DNA of 62,911 nucleotides, the filler included, from Basidioascus undulatus (lineage: Eukaryota), in NCBI GenBank assembly GCA_000826855.1. It is 5 parts of 5 records of this genome, joined end to end, with 100 filler letters (N's around TTAATTAATTAA, not from the genome) between each part and the next. Parts side by side here need not be neighbours in the genome. Positions count along the whole stretch, not along the records: positions 12,628 to 25,140 come from JTLS01000899.1; positions 25,241 to 37,738 come from JTLS01000900.1; 3 more parts are not named here. The stretch is one strand, 5' to 3'. Positions 13,689 through 29,203 of this stretch are shown piece by piece (the first letter of the stretch is position 1; the number at the start of each line of letters is the position of its first letter). A program made the position numbers and the translations under genes. Below the pieces are notes generated by a model, which was not told the DNA's origin, did not search any database, and was given only the letters and a program-made list of their open reading frames with translations.

Positions 13689-16657
13689 ATGCCGGTCCCC
13701 GCGCCCTCCTCGAGCGAGCTCGTCCAGGCGGAAGCCTCGCTTCTCTCTGGGCGGTACCGGTTCTCGCTCCCCTCCCAGCCGTCCTCGATCTTTCTCTCCC
13801 TCACCCGCACGGCGCTCGAGGGCGACCTCTCCGCCGTCCTGACTTCCCCCGCCGCCAAGGCGCTCCTCACGCTCCCCTCGCCCACCCCCGTCGTCGACGA
13901 CCTCTTCTCCCCGTCCTCGCCCTCCCCATTCCCCTCCTCCTCCGCGGTCTCCCAAGTCGGCGAGGGCGAGCGCCTGGTCGTCGGTATTGCGCTCCTGCAC
14001 GCTTTCGTGCAGGTCAACTGGACCGGGCCCGACCTCTCTATCTCCCCCATCGACCTCTTCCCCTCCCTCGCCGAGTCCGGCACGACCGAGGACGACCTCA
14101 ACCGGCATGCGCTGCACCTGCTCGCGTACGCCGGCGAGCCCGCATACCACCTCGCCCTGCGCGCGACCTTTCTCCTCCTCGCGCAGCGCATCTTCGCCAC
14201 GCTCCCCACTGAGCCCTCCGCAGCGCTCCCGCTCGGTTCGGGCGCATGGTGGGCCCTCCGCGCCGGCATGGCGCAGCAGCACCTGCTGGACGAGTCGGTG
14301 CCCTTCCCGGCAGAGGTGTACGCGCCGCTCGAAGCGCTCGCCGAGCACCTGGAGGAGGCCGGCGAGCTTGACCTGCACGCGCGCCTGGCGCTCGAGCGCG
14401 GGCTCGCGCACCACCAGTTCGGCGAGGACCGGCGCGCGGCGGAGGCGTTCGTGGTCGCTGCGCGGCGGAGCGGGATGGAGTACCTCTTGACTGGCGCGAT
14501 GGGCCGAAGGACAAAGTTCCAGGTCTCGGATCTGACGCAGCTGGTCCTCCTCGCTGAGAGCCGGACGCGCGAGGGCGTGGAGGAGGAGGAGCGGCTGGGG
14601 AAGGATGGGGAGAAAAAGAAGGAGGAGAAGGAGGAGGCGGCAGAGGAGGAGAAAAAGGCGGATGGCCGGTCGGTGCTCCCCGAGGCGCTCGCGCTCAACG
14701 ACGACACGCTGCTCGAGCAGACGCAGTTCACGTCGACGACGGCGCACGTCCCGCCCTCCGGCTCCGACGCATCCACGCCGCACCCGCTCGCGCACCTCGA
14801 GCCGGGCAACCAGCCCGCGCTGCACCCGCTTGACCAGTGCATCCTCCTCTCCCTGTGCCTCAACATCCGCAACACGTCCCCCGCGCACGGCCTGACCTCC
14901 TCGCAGATGTCCGCCTTCGTCGCGCGCGTCATCACGCACCCGCGCAACTGGTCCGTGCACACCATGGCGCTGCTCCTGCGCTCGCGGCTCGAGTCCAACC
15001 GGTCCCGGACCGTCGAGCGCGCGACGCTCCAGCTCCAAGCATTGATCGAGCAGATGCCGACATCGGACTCGGCGCTGCCCGAGCGGCTGCGCTACTTCTT
15101 CGCGATGCCCCTCCCGGCGAAGTGGGAGATGGAGCGCGAGCTGGCGAAGCGCTTCCTGAGCCTCGGCGTCGTGCGCTCCGCGCTCGACATCTTCGAGCGC
15201 CTCGAGATGTGGGAGGACGCCGTCGCGTGCTGGGTGCACATGGACCGCGCGGACAAGGGCCTTGCGATCGTGCGCGACCTGCTCTCCGGCGCGCGCACAG
15301 AGTCCGACGCCGTCGTCGCTCGCTCCAAAGACACCCTCGCCCCAGCCACCCGCTCCCGCATCGACACCGCCCGCCAGGCGAAGCTGTGGTGCCTCCTAGG
15401 CGACCTCGAGCCCGAGAAGTGCGTCGAGCACTACTCCCGCGCATGGGACGTCTCGGGGAAGTCGTCCTCTCGCGCGATGCGCTCGCTGGGTGGTTACTAC
15501 TTTGCGCATGCGAAGTGGACCGAGGCGATCGAGGCGCTCAGGGAGGCGCTCAAGATCAACCCGCTCTTCCACCGGACGTGGTTCGTCCTTGGGTGCGCGT
15601 GCGCCCGCGTCGAGAACTGGGACGAGGCGGCAGAGGCGTTCTCCCGCTGCGTCGCGATCGAGGAGGAGGACGCCGAGAGCTGGAACAACCTCGCGAGCGT
15701 GTACTTGCGCATGGGCGAGAAGAAGAACAACAGGCCGGTCGTGAGCGACGATGAGGACGAGGACGAGGTGCGCTTCCTACCTCCAGCTTTCTTTCTTCCT
15801 TTTCGTTCCGAATGCTGACTTTTCTGCTCCTGTCCTCTCTCTCGCAGCGCGACCCGAACGCCATCACCGCGCCCCAGCTTACGTCCGCCTCCTCCGCGAG
15901 CGTCCCGCACTCGCGCAAGGTGGACGCGCACCGGGCGCTGAAGCAAGGCATCCGGCACGGGTACGACAACTGGCGGATCTGGCAGAACTACATGGTGGTC
16001 TCTATGGACGTGGGCGAGCTGTCCGAAGCGACGCGCGCGCTCGGCCGCCTCGTCGAGATGCGCTCGGAAAAGACCGGCGCTGGGTCCGTGGACGTCGAGG
16101 TCCTCGAGCGCCTCGTCGACGCCGTCACGCGCGCGCCGCGGCGCGAGGCGGACGCGGTGGACGGCGACGCCGGCGCAGCGGGCGCGCAGGTCCAGCACAA
16201 CCCGAACGAGGGGCACGGGCTCTACCCGCGCGTGGAGCACCTCTTCGTGCACCAGATCCTCCCGCGGGTGTCCGAGGAGCCGCGCGTGTTCCGCGCGCAC
16301 GCCCGCTTGCTTCTCTGGCGCGGGCGGTACCGCGCCGCGCTGGACGCGCACCTCAAGGCGTACCGGTGCGGGATCGCCCAGGACGGAACGGTCGAGACGG
16401 ACCTCGGGCGCTTCCGCGAGGCTGCGGAGGAGGTCGAGGAGCTCGTGGACGTCATGCGGAATCTGGGGGACAAGCCGGCAGACGTGGAGGGCGAGGAGGG
16501 CAAGGGCGGCGAGGCGGAGGAGGCTCAGAAAGACTGGAGGTTCCAGGCGAGGAGCTTGGTCAGGACGTTCTGTGGGAGGACCAAGGCGAGCTTCGGGGAG
16601 GAGAAGGAGTGGGAGCGGCTGAAGGAGGTGCTGGATGAGCTGAAGAGGGGGGATTAG
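13689..16657 (+). CDS. emw1: TPR protein Emw1/TTC27 (exons 13689-15767, 15848-16657)
   Basis: Motifs: LHAFVQVNWTGP, LTGAMGRRTKFQ, WSVHTMALLLRSRLESNRSRTVERATLQLQAL, SALDIFERLEMWE, TPRs ending ESWNNLASVY, NWRIWQNY. One GT..AG intron joins the two long ORFs. Confidence 0.88.
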
Positions 16658-17044
16658 GTCGGGGGCGCTTCGCATTGCATGTTTTACTAGACTTTCCACG
16701 CGGAGATTGGCTGTAGTTTTCGTAGAGGCGACAGTGTTGAACAAGGCGTCTGTCGGGTAGCTTTCTTGAAACGAAAGCTACTCGCGCCGCTCGCTCATTG
16801 CGCTCAAGTTACAAGGCATAAACGCCGACCATGCTAACTGGTACGTCTACAGTCTGTTTCTTTGCGGCGGCGACAATGTTCCGAAGTTGACTGTCCCAAC
16901 TGCTCCCGCGTCGACGCCAGGAAGTTCGCGTGTACAGACACAATGGCCGCCTTCACGCAGCGTTAGGAAAGTATTAGGGTCGTGCATATAATAAGAGTCC
17001 GTGGGCGACAACCTCAATAAACGAATGGCTAGGTTTGTTTCTCT

Positions 17045-19727
<2,683 letters not shown>

Positions 19728-21067
19728 TAGGAAGGGATTAGTATTAAGAGGATAGAAAGGGGGAGAGCGAATGAAACGAAAGGAAGTTGGAGATGATGTT
19801 GAGTGTAGCGAAAGACGATGTCGGCGCCCTTTGTATCGGCGGCCTCAGGAGGCGTGCTTAATAGTCTCGGACCCCGTCGGAGCGAGGAGCGTGCTAGCGC
19901 ATCTCTCCACGACCGTCCGTGAGAAAGGACGGTGAATTCCATCGAGAAAATGCGCACGAGCATTCTTGGTTCGACGATGATGTGCAGCAGCCAGCTAGGG
20001 TTGATCAAGGCGCAGGAAGAGTCGCACGACGGGCCAGGGAGAGATGGATCGAGCGGAGAGAAGCCGCCAAACTGCTGCGACCGCCTGCTGCGAGCCTGCA
20101 CGTCATTCCTGGGCTGGCTGAACCGTGCGCTGGCTGCTTGTGTGTCTATCAATATCCGGTACTTCTCAATGGAACTTTCATGGCGAACTTGGTCGAACTA
20201 ACATGTAGCCTCCGCGCACTCAAGGCGAGAAAACACCGAGAAGGCTGTGAAGGAGATCCGAGGTACTTGAAAGCAGGCCGGCAGCGGGCAGGCATTGGGA
20301 CACCGTACTTCCCACAAAGCCAAGGTTCACGTCGAGCGCCTCCAGTCTTGTTTGCATGTCGAGGGTTCCAATTACAGAAAGAAAACTTCCGGCGGGATTC
20401 AGGCGAAGTGCGACTGACACAGTCACTCAAGATAGCGAACGTGCTCTGTAGTCACGGTTCGCAGGAACAGAAGCATCCCTTGGACCGTCTGAAGCTGAAG
20501 GCGATACGACTGTTCTGGAGTACGCATGTTTATGACATCGATCAAGGCATCGTGAACTGGATCGTTGTGCAAAACTGCTTCTCCCTCGGCAGAAGCTCAT
20601 TTCCCTCTGCCGGCGGTGTCAGACGCCCAATATTAAATCGCATGTGCCCGATGGAGCTGTGCTCACGGTATTTTGCAGGCAACACCTGGTGAGAACTTGG
20701 AAGAGCAGGCCAGTAAGACAACAATTTGAAGACAAGGCAACTACTGTAAGTTAGAGCCTTCGGACTCACGAACTCGAGGTGCGCAGGCCGAGGACATGTA
20801 AACAATCACTGCTCTCTAACTTCCCCTGCGAAGATCGCGGAGCTTACTAACCGGATAAACCAGTAGTGGGCAAGTGAGCCAATATACAACAGCCAGCGAG
20901 CTGAAGCATAAGGCAAGGTTGCGAAAAAGCCTCCCGTTGAGGTGAAGGTTGTGCTTCCGGGGCCACGGGGACTATCGCGTAGGGACACGCTTTAACACAA
21001 CCATATCAAAGAGCAAGAAGTTTATCTTCAACAGGCAAACCAATACTCAAACCGTCCCGGTTCCGCT

Positions 21068-22730
21068 CTAGTGCTCAGCCGACTGCTGCGACTTGTTGAC
21101 CGACGCAACGTTGTCGATGTTTCCTGCCCGCTGCTCTGTGGCCTGGGCCTCTTCGGTCTCCTTGTACTCGGTCGGGGCCCAGTTCTTGTCGTGTGGGACG
21201 ATATGGAGGAGGTCGTTGTGCGGGTTAGGAGAAAGAGCAGCACATCAGTGAAGGTTCTCCCGTCAAAGACAGTCTCAAGAGCTGCTATCCTACGACTCAC
21301 TAATTGCCCATGGTATCGGCGACGAGCTTCACCTCGTCAACCTTGTCGAGCGAAATCTCTACGTACACGATAGTTTCGACGCCAGGGTCGGCAGACTCGG
21401 GGAGCTGGGAGCCATCCGGCCCGTAGATCTGTGTGTACAAAGAAGTCAGGGGTGAACGTCAGCGCTGGGCCTAAAGGAACGGATAAAACAGAGACAAGAT
21501 AAGAAGGGAGCTGGGCCACTAACAGTCTAAAAGCTGCCGCCAGGGAACTTGAACCACGGGAAGCCAGCGATCTTCATCTTCTCAGCGCCGGCCTGGCTGA
21601 CGACCTGGCAGCCGACGGTGCCGAAGCAGCCGCCCTCCATGTCGACCATCTGGGTTCATCCTGGCAGACGCCTCGCGCTCACGATGTAGGGCAAGCCAAC
21701 CTTGTGCGGCGGGAAGGCGGGTCACCAGCCGCCGACGAAGACCTGCGGGTGCTGGGAGTAGAAGTGACACTTGAGGAAGGGCTGTGAAGTGGATTGTTCC
21801 CAGTGAGAAAGCCGTCCGGCAACGTAGCAGTGAAGGAGCAGAATGTCCGACTCGCCGTTGATGTGCTCCCAGCAGTTGAGGCTGCCCAAGCGGCCGTACT
21901 CGTCTGCACGACGTTGTAGATGGACTGGGCTACATGTGGGAACAAGACTCGGTCTGAGCCAAGGGAAGAGGAAAAACTTAACAATGGCAAACTGCACTGC
22001 ACTCACCGCTTCCGTCGCCGTAGATGGTCTTCTCGTAGTGCGTAGACTGGTCAAGGTGGTCAAGCTGCTGTAAGCTTTAGTCCTGTCCTACCAGCGGGTG
22101 CAAATGTGTCGGCAAAGCTCACCTTGATCTTGCAGCGGTGGTTGGCAATCTTGCCGTCCGAAGTGATGGTGACCTGCGCATGTAGAGCGATCCGCCGTCG
22201 CGCTCCGAGAATCCGAGGACGACAGACACGCCGGCGGCTCTGACGGCGTCCCGGATGCGGTACATCTCTGGAGAGTGCAGCCCGAGCGAGTTGGCCTGGT
22301 ACTGCTTGAGGATGTCCTGGCTCGCCATGAAGTCGTTGGCCCACGGCGTCCAGGGGTAGCCTGACAGGTAGAGGGAAAGAGAGAGGCGGAGTCAACAGTC
22401 AGTACATAGCCTTCTGCTTGAAGTGAGAAACAGATGTGAGTTCACCGGGGATGAAGACCTCAGGGAAGCCGATGATCTTGGCCCCGTTGTTCGCAGCCTC
22501 GCGATGATGTTGATGGTCTCGTCGACGCTACCATGGAGGTCAAGCCAGACGCTGTCCACAAGAAAGAGCCCCTAAGCAAGTATTACATATTTGAATGATA
22601 ACCTCCAGCCTGAGAACATCTGGCAACGTGCCGGAAGGAAGAAAGGATGGACCACTCACGGCTCAGCCTGCACAGCCGCGACCTTGAAAGTGCGAGTGTC
22701 GGCGTTGGAAGGGTTGAGAATGACGGGCAT
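21068..22730 (-). pseudogene. Nitrilase (CWEH-type, arylacetonitrilase-like) with at least three -1 frameshifts
   Basis: Motifs: FKVAAVQAEP|VWLDL, IGFPEVFIP|GYPW, LGFSERDGGSLY, HRCKIK, RLGSLNCWEH, so the catalytic E-K-C triad is present. Frame breaks near 22501, 22179 and 21901, with further irregularities downstream. Confidence 0.85.
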
Positions 22731-24361
22731 GGCTGTTATGTATAAATGCGCGGGTGTAGAAGTTTGTGATGTGGGTGTGAAGACAAGAGCGAAGTGACGG
22801 CGATGGAGTGGTCTTTAAAGGAATGCAAGTGCAGCTTATCGGGGGACTGTCGGTGGGACTCGGCTTCAGATCACTGCGTCCGCTGCCCCACCCCCCAGCA
22901 CTCTGCTAGAGGGATATGTGGGGTCTTCCTGGGGTTTGTGATCTGAATGACGAACGACCAAGCGGCGGCAGAAGTGGAAGGTCCGTATGAACACATCCTG
23001 GTGCACTTAGGAGAACGGGGCGTAAAGGACAGTCTTCGCACCGCCCGATCACTTCGGATAGACTATCTTCCATTCTTTGCCCCAATGCTCTACAGTGCAA
23101 ACCCATTAGGTGCGTGTGATACAATTGGTGTCTATGTCAGGCGCGTTCGAGAAAGCGAGCAGTATTCTCGCTCAGCCCCACGCAGCCTCCGCTGTCCCGA
23201 GTGCAGCCGTACATCATTGATATTCAGGCTCCGCAAGGCCCACTACCCTTCTCCGGCGGTCAGATCGGAAGTATTTCCCCTTGAGCAATCCACTGGCGTT
23301 CCATGACCGACAGACCTCGTCCCAGAAATGCCCGAGTTTCTTCGTAGTGTTGCCTCATGGGTCTGGCCGTTCCAGCAATTGCACGGTATCCTCGCAGCGG
23401 CCGGTTACGACGTACCCCTCAACTCCAGAGACAATTTTCTAGATGATGTCAGGTGGGGAACACACAACTGTCCTGTGCCCTCATTGATGTGTTGACCTTG
23501 GGGAGAGAAAAGAGCGGGGGCTGATGGCAGTGGGGCGCACAATTGCACGGTGTCCTTGCAGTGGGCGGTCACGACCACCCCCTAACTCCACTGAAGTTTT
23601 CCAACTGTTTGAATGTGGGGAGAACAGAACTGTCTTGTTACTCTGATGCGTTGCGGAAGGCGGGTCCGAGAGTGTGATGGCAGTGGGGCGTAAAATGAAC
23701 CCAACGAGACATCCCACTTGGTTTTCGAGATTCTCAGGGGTTATTCGCCCACACCAGGATTACTGCAGTACGACTGAACGAACCTTCAAGTGTTTCTCCT
23801 GCAGTGTTTGTTCAACATGACTGCAGTACTGCAACCCCAGCAAGCCCACCAGAGAACGTCCAAAGTCCCCAGCGGCTCGTCCCTACCACATAGCCGTGTT
23901 GCTCTGATGGTGCATATGCTGCTGTACATGAATAGTCAGACAGCTTGAACAAAGCACGAAGTCAGCCCTTCATTATTTCGCAAGAACGACAGGAGAACAG
24001 CCCTCCTTGAGGATTCGCCTCCGCGGCGTCTATAGAAACCTGCGGCCCGACGATGTCGCGAACACAGCTCTCCTGCCACTCATCCCGCAGCACCAGCAAG
24101 CCAAATAACGCAAGTCCATCGACCACCTGCAAAGCAGCCCGAGCATAAACCATTCAACGAAATAACCCTGTAGCAAGAGCTGGCCTGCAACCCGGAAAGG
24201 AGAAGAGTAGGATGTAACTGCTGTAAGTAATGCAAAGTGTAGAATGCAGAATTGTAGAATGTAGAATGTAGGCATGCAAGGGTATCCAACAGCGCCTGAA
24301 CTGAACTCCAGAAAGTAAAGAGAATGAGGCGAAGGATTAGAAGAAGTCGAATTGATTGGGA

Positions 24362-25010
24362 TTAGATCGGCAAGGGCAGCGTAAAGTTCGTGATTTGCGG
24401 GACCTGCGCCTCGTCCATCCATCATCAGCCTCACGCGCTTCCTCTTCCTCTTCCTCCTCCGCTGAACAGGAACGCACATAAGCGAATGCCGCCAAATCCA
24501 GTATATGCACGTCGTCGAAGACCTGGTGTCTGTGTTTCCCATCCCGCTCAGCACCCAACGCTCTCGACACCTAAAGAGAAGGGAGACGGGGAAAGCAGCC
24601 GTACCCGTCGAACCCCCCGATCAAGATCAAGCGGCTGTCGTATAGCACGCAGGCGTGGTACCCGCGCTTGGCGGGCAGCTTGCCGTACGGTCTGCGGGAC
24701 TCCCATTGGAGGGTGACTGGTTGGGGCATCGCGCGCATCAGTAGGAGGCGGAGAGGGGAGGAACGAGGGAGCGCACCGAGGTTGAACAGCAAAACGTTGT
24801 CGTTGTACTTCACGCCGTCGTGTCCTCCAAAGATCTGTTCAGTTGTCCGTCGGTCAGCGATCACCCCATCGTGCACTCGGCGCGCAATTTGCTAAGCATG
24901 GTCTGAGGTGAGGATCGGACGCACAAACAGGTAGCTCCCGATCTGCGTGCTCGTGTGCGCCAGACGCGGCCAGCTATCGCGCACGTTGATCGGGATCCAC
25001 GTCGCTGCGC
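24362..25010 (-). CDS. Kelch-repeat (beta-propeller) protein, 3' part; 5' part lost in gap
   Basis: PRLAHTSTQIGSYLF|IFGGHDG, KRGYHACVLYDSRLILIGGFDG, VFDDVHILDLAAFAY|VPQITNF. Confidence 0.85.
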
Positions 25011-25240
25011 CCGTGGGGGAGTCGTGCGTGTCTGGATGGGATAGAGTGGGGCGGTGGGGCGTCGGGTCAGTGGGTTGTTCGCGTACGGTTGGGGAGATTG
25101 GGGGCGGGGATGCGACAGGGAAAGGGGTGGGAGGACAGTTNNNNNNNNNNNNNNNNNNNNNNNNNNNNNNNNNNNNNNNNNNNNTTAATTAATTAANNNN
25201 NNNNNNNNNNNNNNNNNNNNNNNNNNNNNNNNNNNNNNNN

Positions 25241-26198
25241 CCCTCCCACCTCCCCAGCGCATCTCGCACTCCCCAAACACCTCCACGACCTTCCTCACCT
25301 CGAACCCGAGCTTCTCAAACAGGCGCTGGCTGGGCGTGTTGGAGAGCGCGATGCGTGCGATGAGCGCGCGCGGCTTCGGTTTGTGGAGGGAGGAGAGCGC
25401 GGGGGAGAGGAAGTAGTGGAGGAGGAGGGAGAGCGCGGTGTAAGCGTGGCCATGCCGGCGGTAGGCGGGCTCTGGGAGACCCGGGCGTTAGCGAAGATGG
25501 TGGGGATGGTAAGTGGCAAGGGAGGAGGAGAGGCGCACCAGCGATCATCACCTCGCACTCTGCTACAGGCTCGTCCGAGTCCGTGTCGTTCGAGAGGAAG
25601 ATGTTGACGTCGCCTATGGGGACGCCCCACTTCTCATCGGCGAGCGGGCAGGGTCCATCAGGGACCGGATGGCGGGCGAGAACGATGAACGTCAGTTCTG
25701 CGCAAGAGAAACAGATGAGTGTGGAAAGCGGGCAGAGGGAAAACGGAGGAAGAGGGATGGGGAGGAAGAGGGGCACAGACTATCTTCGTCGAGGTGCCAT
25801 TTGCCTGTGTGCGCGTGGGTGGTTGTAAGATGGAGGATGGATGTGGGAATAAATAGGTGTGGAACCAGAATGGGAAGGGGAAGGGGAAAGACGAACGCTG
25901 CATCTCGTACTCCTCCTTGAGCGTGAGCGGCTCGCTCGCCGTGAGCTCCTGCAGCTCGAGCGAGGCCATCCACTTGTGGTAACGCTCGATCTACTCGGAC
26001 CAAGCCAGACCTCAATGCATGCTCTTCTCATATATCAGGTCAGAAGGGCGCACATGCTTCTTTCTGCGGGCGGGCGAGGAGGGGTGAGTGTGGGCGTGTA
26101 AGCGCGAGAAACAAACAGAAGGGGAAGGGGCAGATGCACTTGTACGGGACGAGGTTGATGTCGCGCCCTATGAGGACGGTGTTCTCGTTTATGCGCAT
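25241..26198 (-). CDS. nat9: GNAT N-acetyltransferase 9-like; last codons run into gap
   Basis: MRINENTVLIG, LVPY, RYHKWM, LQELTASEPLTLKEEYEMQ, WHLDED|KLTFIVL, GDVNIFL, ECEVMIA|EPAYRR, SQRLFEKLGF. Confidence 0.9.
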
Positions 26199-26704
26199 TC
26201 GGAAGGGTTTCCTGAGGGCAGGAGGAGGAAACAAAAGAGGGCATAGGGACCGTCAGTGTGCGGATGTTGAGACGCGAGGGACGGGGCGGTGCGGGAGTGG
26301 GACCAATCGAAAGGTAAGTAACATGCTGCGAACAAACAGGATTGCGACTGTGCTTCCTTCCAGTAAAACCGTTGAGAGCGAGGGCTCCAAAGAGGCTGTG
26401 TGGGCGTTTGATACGGACGGGCCAGACGACGAGCAGGAGCGGTCGACTCGCTCGATCGAGGATTCGAGTATTGTTTTCCATAATGTCGCCAAACATGTAT
26501 AGACCATGTGCAGGAGCTGTATAGTACGAAAATCCAACAGAATGTACTCACAAGAAGGTGGTCAAGGAAGTCGCCTCGCGACAGCGGCAGGCAATAGCGT
26601 CGGCTTCAGAAACCTCGAAGTCCGAAAAGCCGCCCTTGCCCCTTCGCGTGCGCCTTCTCGCTTCGCTCTTGCCCCGCTCAGCTCGTCCTCTTCGCTCGCC
26701 CGAC

Positions 26705-27817
26705 ATGGCGCCCTCGACTTCCTCACTTGTTCCACTGGCGCGGGGGGCTCTGCAGGGTGCGCTGATATCTTTACTGGGAAATATTGGAACCGCGAAGGGC
26801 GTACTGACAGCTGGGGCTGGGCGGGTCTGGCAGCCTCCTCCCGGTCGTTCTCTTCCTCCGCTGCCCGGCGTGTGCTGGTCGAGTCTGCGTCTGCGCCTGA
26901 GGGTGTTGCGCGGACGGACAACAACCTCACGCTCGAGCAGCGTCTCTTGCAGCGTGGCATTGGTGCGTCGCTGGCCCTCAGCCCCCTTCCCTCCCCGCAC
27001 GCTGACCCTCCCGCTCCCCTCAGTGGACTCGCTCCAGAACCTGGGTTCGACTCAGCATCGGGCGTCGGCGACGACCTTCCGCCCGCACAAGACGCGCACG
27101 CCGCCGTCCAAAGACGCCCTCCTCTCCGCCCTCCTCGCGGCCGGCGCCCACCTCGGCCACGCCCACGCGGCCTGGCATCCCTCCACAAAGTCCTTCGTCC
27201 ACGGCATCCGCCACGGCCAGTCCATCATCGACCTCGAAGTCACCGTCTCCGCACTCCGCCGCGCCGCCAACGTCGTCCGCGCCGTCGTCGAGCGCGACGG
27301 CATCGTCCTCTTCGTTGGCGGAAAGACCCGCACCGAGACCACCCGCGCTGCCATCCGCCGCGCCGCCGAGGCCCTGGGCAGCAACGGCTTTGCTGTCCCC
27401 GAGCAGTGGCTCCCCGGCACGCTCACAAACGCCTCCGTCCTCCTCCCGCGCGTCTCCGCATCCGCAGCCCCCAAGGAGGGCGGCCGCCCCCCGCTCCCGG
27501 ACCTCGTAGTCCTCACCTCCCCGCTCGTGCACCCGCACGCCCTCCGCGAGTGCGCCCTCACCCACACCCCCACCATCGGCCTCGTCGACACCGACGCCGA
27601 CCCCCGCATCGTCACCTACCCCATCCCCGCCAACGACGAGAGCGAGCGCACCGCTGAGCTTGTGCTTGCGCTCCTGGGCGAGGCCGGCAAGCAGGGCCGC
27701 GAGGAGCGCATGCGCAAGAGGGAGCGGGCCGAAAAGATCGACCGCGCGCGCCGGGCAAGGGTCGAGGACAGGCGGCGGGCGCGGGGACAGGAGTCGGAGA
27801 CGGAGGAGGGGATGTAG
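26705..27817 (+). CDS. mrp4: Mitochondrial ribosomal protein uS2m (3 exons)
   Basis: Motifs: LLAAGAHLGH, IRHGQSIIDL, GIVLFVG, WLPGTLTN, PDLVV, PTIGLVDTDADPRIVTYPIPANDES. After removing the intron at 26757-26833 and a second intron, the N-terminus reads as a presequence (SSRSFSSSAARR). Confidence 0.92.
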   Translation: MAPSTSSLVPLARGALQGALISLLGNIGTAKGVLTAGAGRVWQPPPGRSLPPLPGVCWSSLRLRLRVLRGRTTTSRSSSVSCSVALVRRWPSAPFPPRTLTLPLPSVDSLQNLGSTQHRASATTFRPHKTRTPPSKDALLSALLAAGAHLGHAHAAWHPSTKSFVHGIRHGQSIIDLEVTVSALRRAANVVRAVVERDGIVLFVGGKTRTETTRAAIRRAAEALGSNGFAVPEQWLPGTLTNASVLLPRVSASAAPKEGGRPPLPDLVVLTSPLVHPHALRECALTHTPTIGLVDTDADPRIVTYPIPANDESERTAELVLALLGEAGKQGREERMRKRERAEKIDRARRARVEDRRRARGQESETEEGM

Positions 27818-29203
27818 TGGGCGGGATAGATGGACAGATTGCGAAGGCGTAAGCGGCTGCAGCCGTAAGTACGTGTTGGAGGGCGGTATGGCGGCGCTTT
27901 CAGTTCGCCCAGACTACCCTGCTCGCTCGCTCTCGCTTCCTTCGATCGCTCGCGCTTGCTCGCGGATCTCATCTACTCATGGCCTTTCGATCTTCCCTGC
28001 GCGACTAGTCTAATCTCTCGCTGCCTCTTCCCTGACCACCGCATAAAATCCTGTCACTTTTTCGCTTGCTGACAGACAGCCCTCACGACATTCACTTCCT
28101 CTCCCTCCCGTCGAGCTTTCTTCTCCCTCGCCAGCATGCCGCACTTTAATGCGCAATGCTGCAGCTTACCCGTCGTTCGTCAATTACCTGCCGCGCGATA
28201 ACACCCCGCTTCCATCACCTTCGTTCTGCCCGCACGTCGCATCTCATTCCACCGCATTTTTCTATTCGCGTCCTGGCGCGACTTAATGAAACAGTATGCC
28301 ATGATCCATTCACGCTTCGGCAGCTACCTGCTGTCTCTTCTCGCGCGGGCGGGAGTCGAGCCCTCGCTTTCTCCGGCTGTGTCCTCCACGCGCAAGCGGA
28401 TTGCGCACCTCGCACCCCCAGAGCACATGTGCTGAATCTTCAGACTGCGGCTCACTATTCTCTTGCCCACTGCCCAATTCGAAGGTAGTAGATCTGTCGC
28501 TGTGTTCTCCATTCAATGGGAAGCGTCGCGTTGATTCAATTTGCCGATGGGGATGTCTGCGGCTGCCTATGGGAGGGCAGTCTCAACCGGCACAGTCGAG
28601 GACCAGTTGTTGGAGCTTTCGTGTAGAAAAAGCTCGTTCGAGTTTTTTACTGATGTAACATACGGAACAGACCCGTTTGGACCATTCAGAACTTCCTGGT
28701 TTTGGCAGTGGTCTGTCGATTGCTTCCTGGCAGCGGGCTGCCTACCGGCGAACTTGGACGAACACCCTCCGGCCAGCATCCGATCGCAGGGGTTCTAGCG
28801 CATCATGTCCTGGGGAATCAAGATGATCACCATCGTCTTCCAGCTGTATCCGGACAACTTGCGCCTGTGCCGGTGCCAGCCGAGCATCGCCAACAGGCAC
28901 ATCAGCGAGCACGGTCCTTCCGCTTGTGATTTCTGGGAAGGACCGCCGGCCGCTGATGCGGCTCAGCTCCTGCACCCCGCACAACAACCATCGGCGTACC
29001 TTCTCGTTGAGAGATTATCCCTCGAGTTGACGTTGAATAAGTGTCTCTCGTTGCGGGGTAAGCCGGGCTGCCCGAAGGCAACGAGTGAGGATAAGAAGGA
29101 GCGCCTTCCTCTCGACTGCTGCTGTTTCTTCCCTCACACACGCATCTCATCCCGCACATCGCTCCCACACCCCTCTATATTGTCATTTATTCGTGCTCTC
29201 GAC

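Noticed and set aside
13299..16744. Long antisense and alternate-frame ORFs over the TPR gene (also over uS2m and the ABC gene)
   Set aside because: Expected shadow ORFs from very high GC3 codon usage; no independent motifs.
19919..20692. 257-codon ORF between the GH1 and nitrilase genes
   Set aside because: No ATG start, no recognisable motif and no host-like codon bias.
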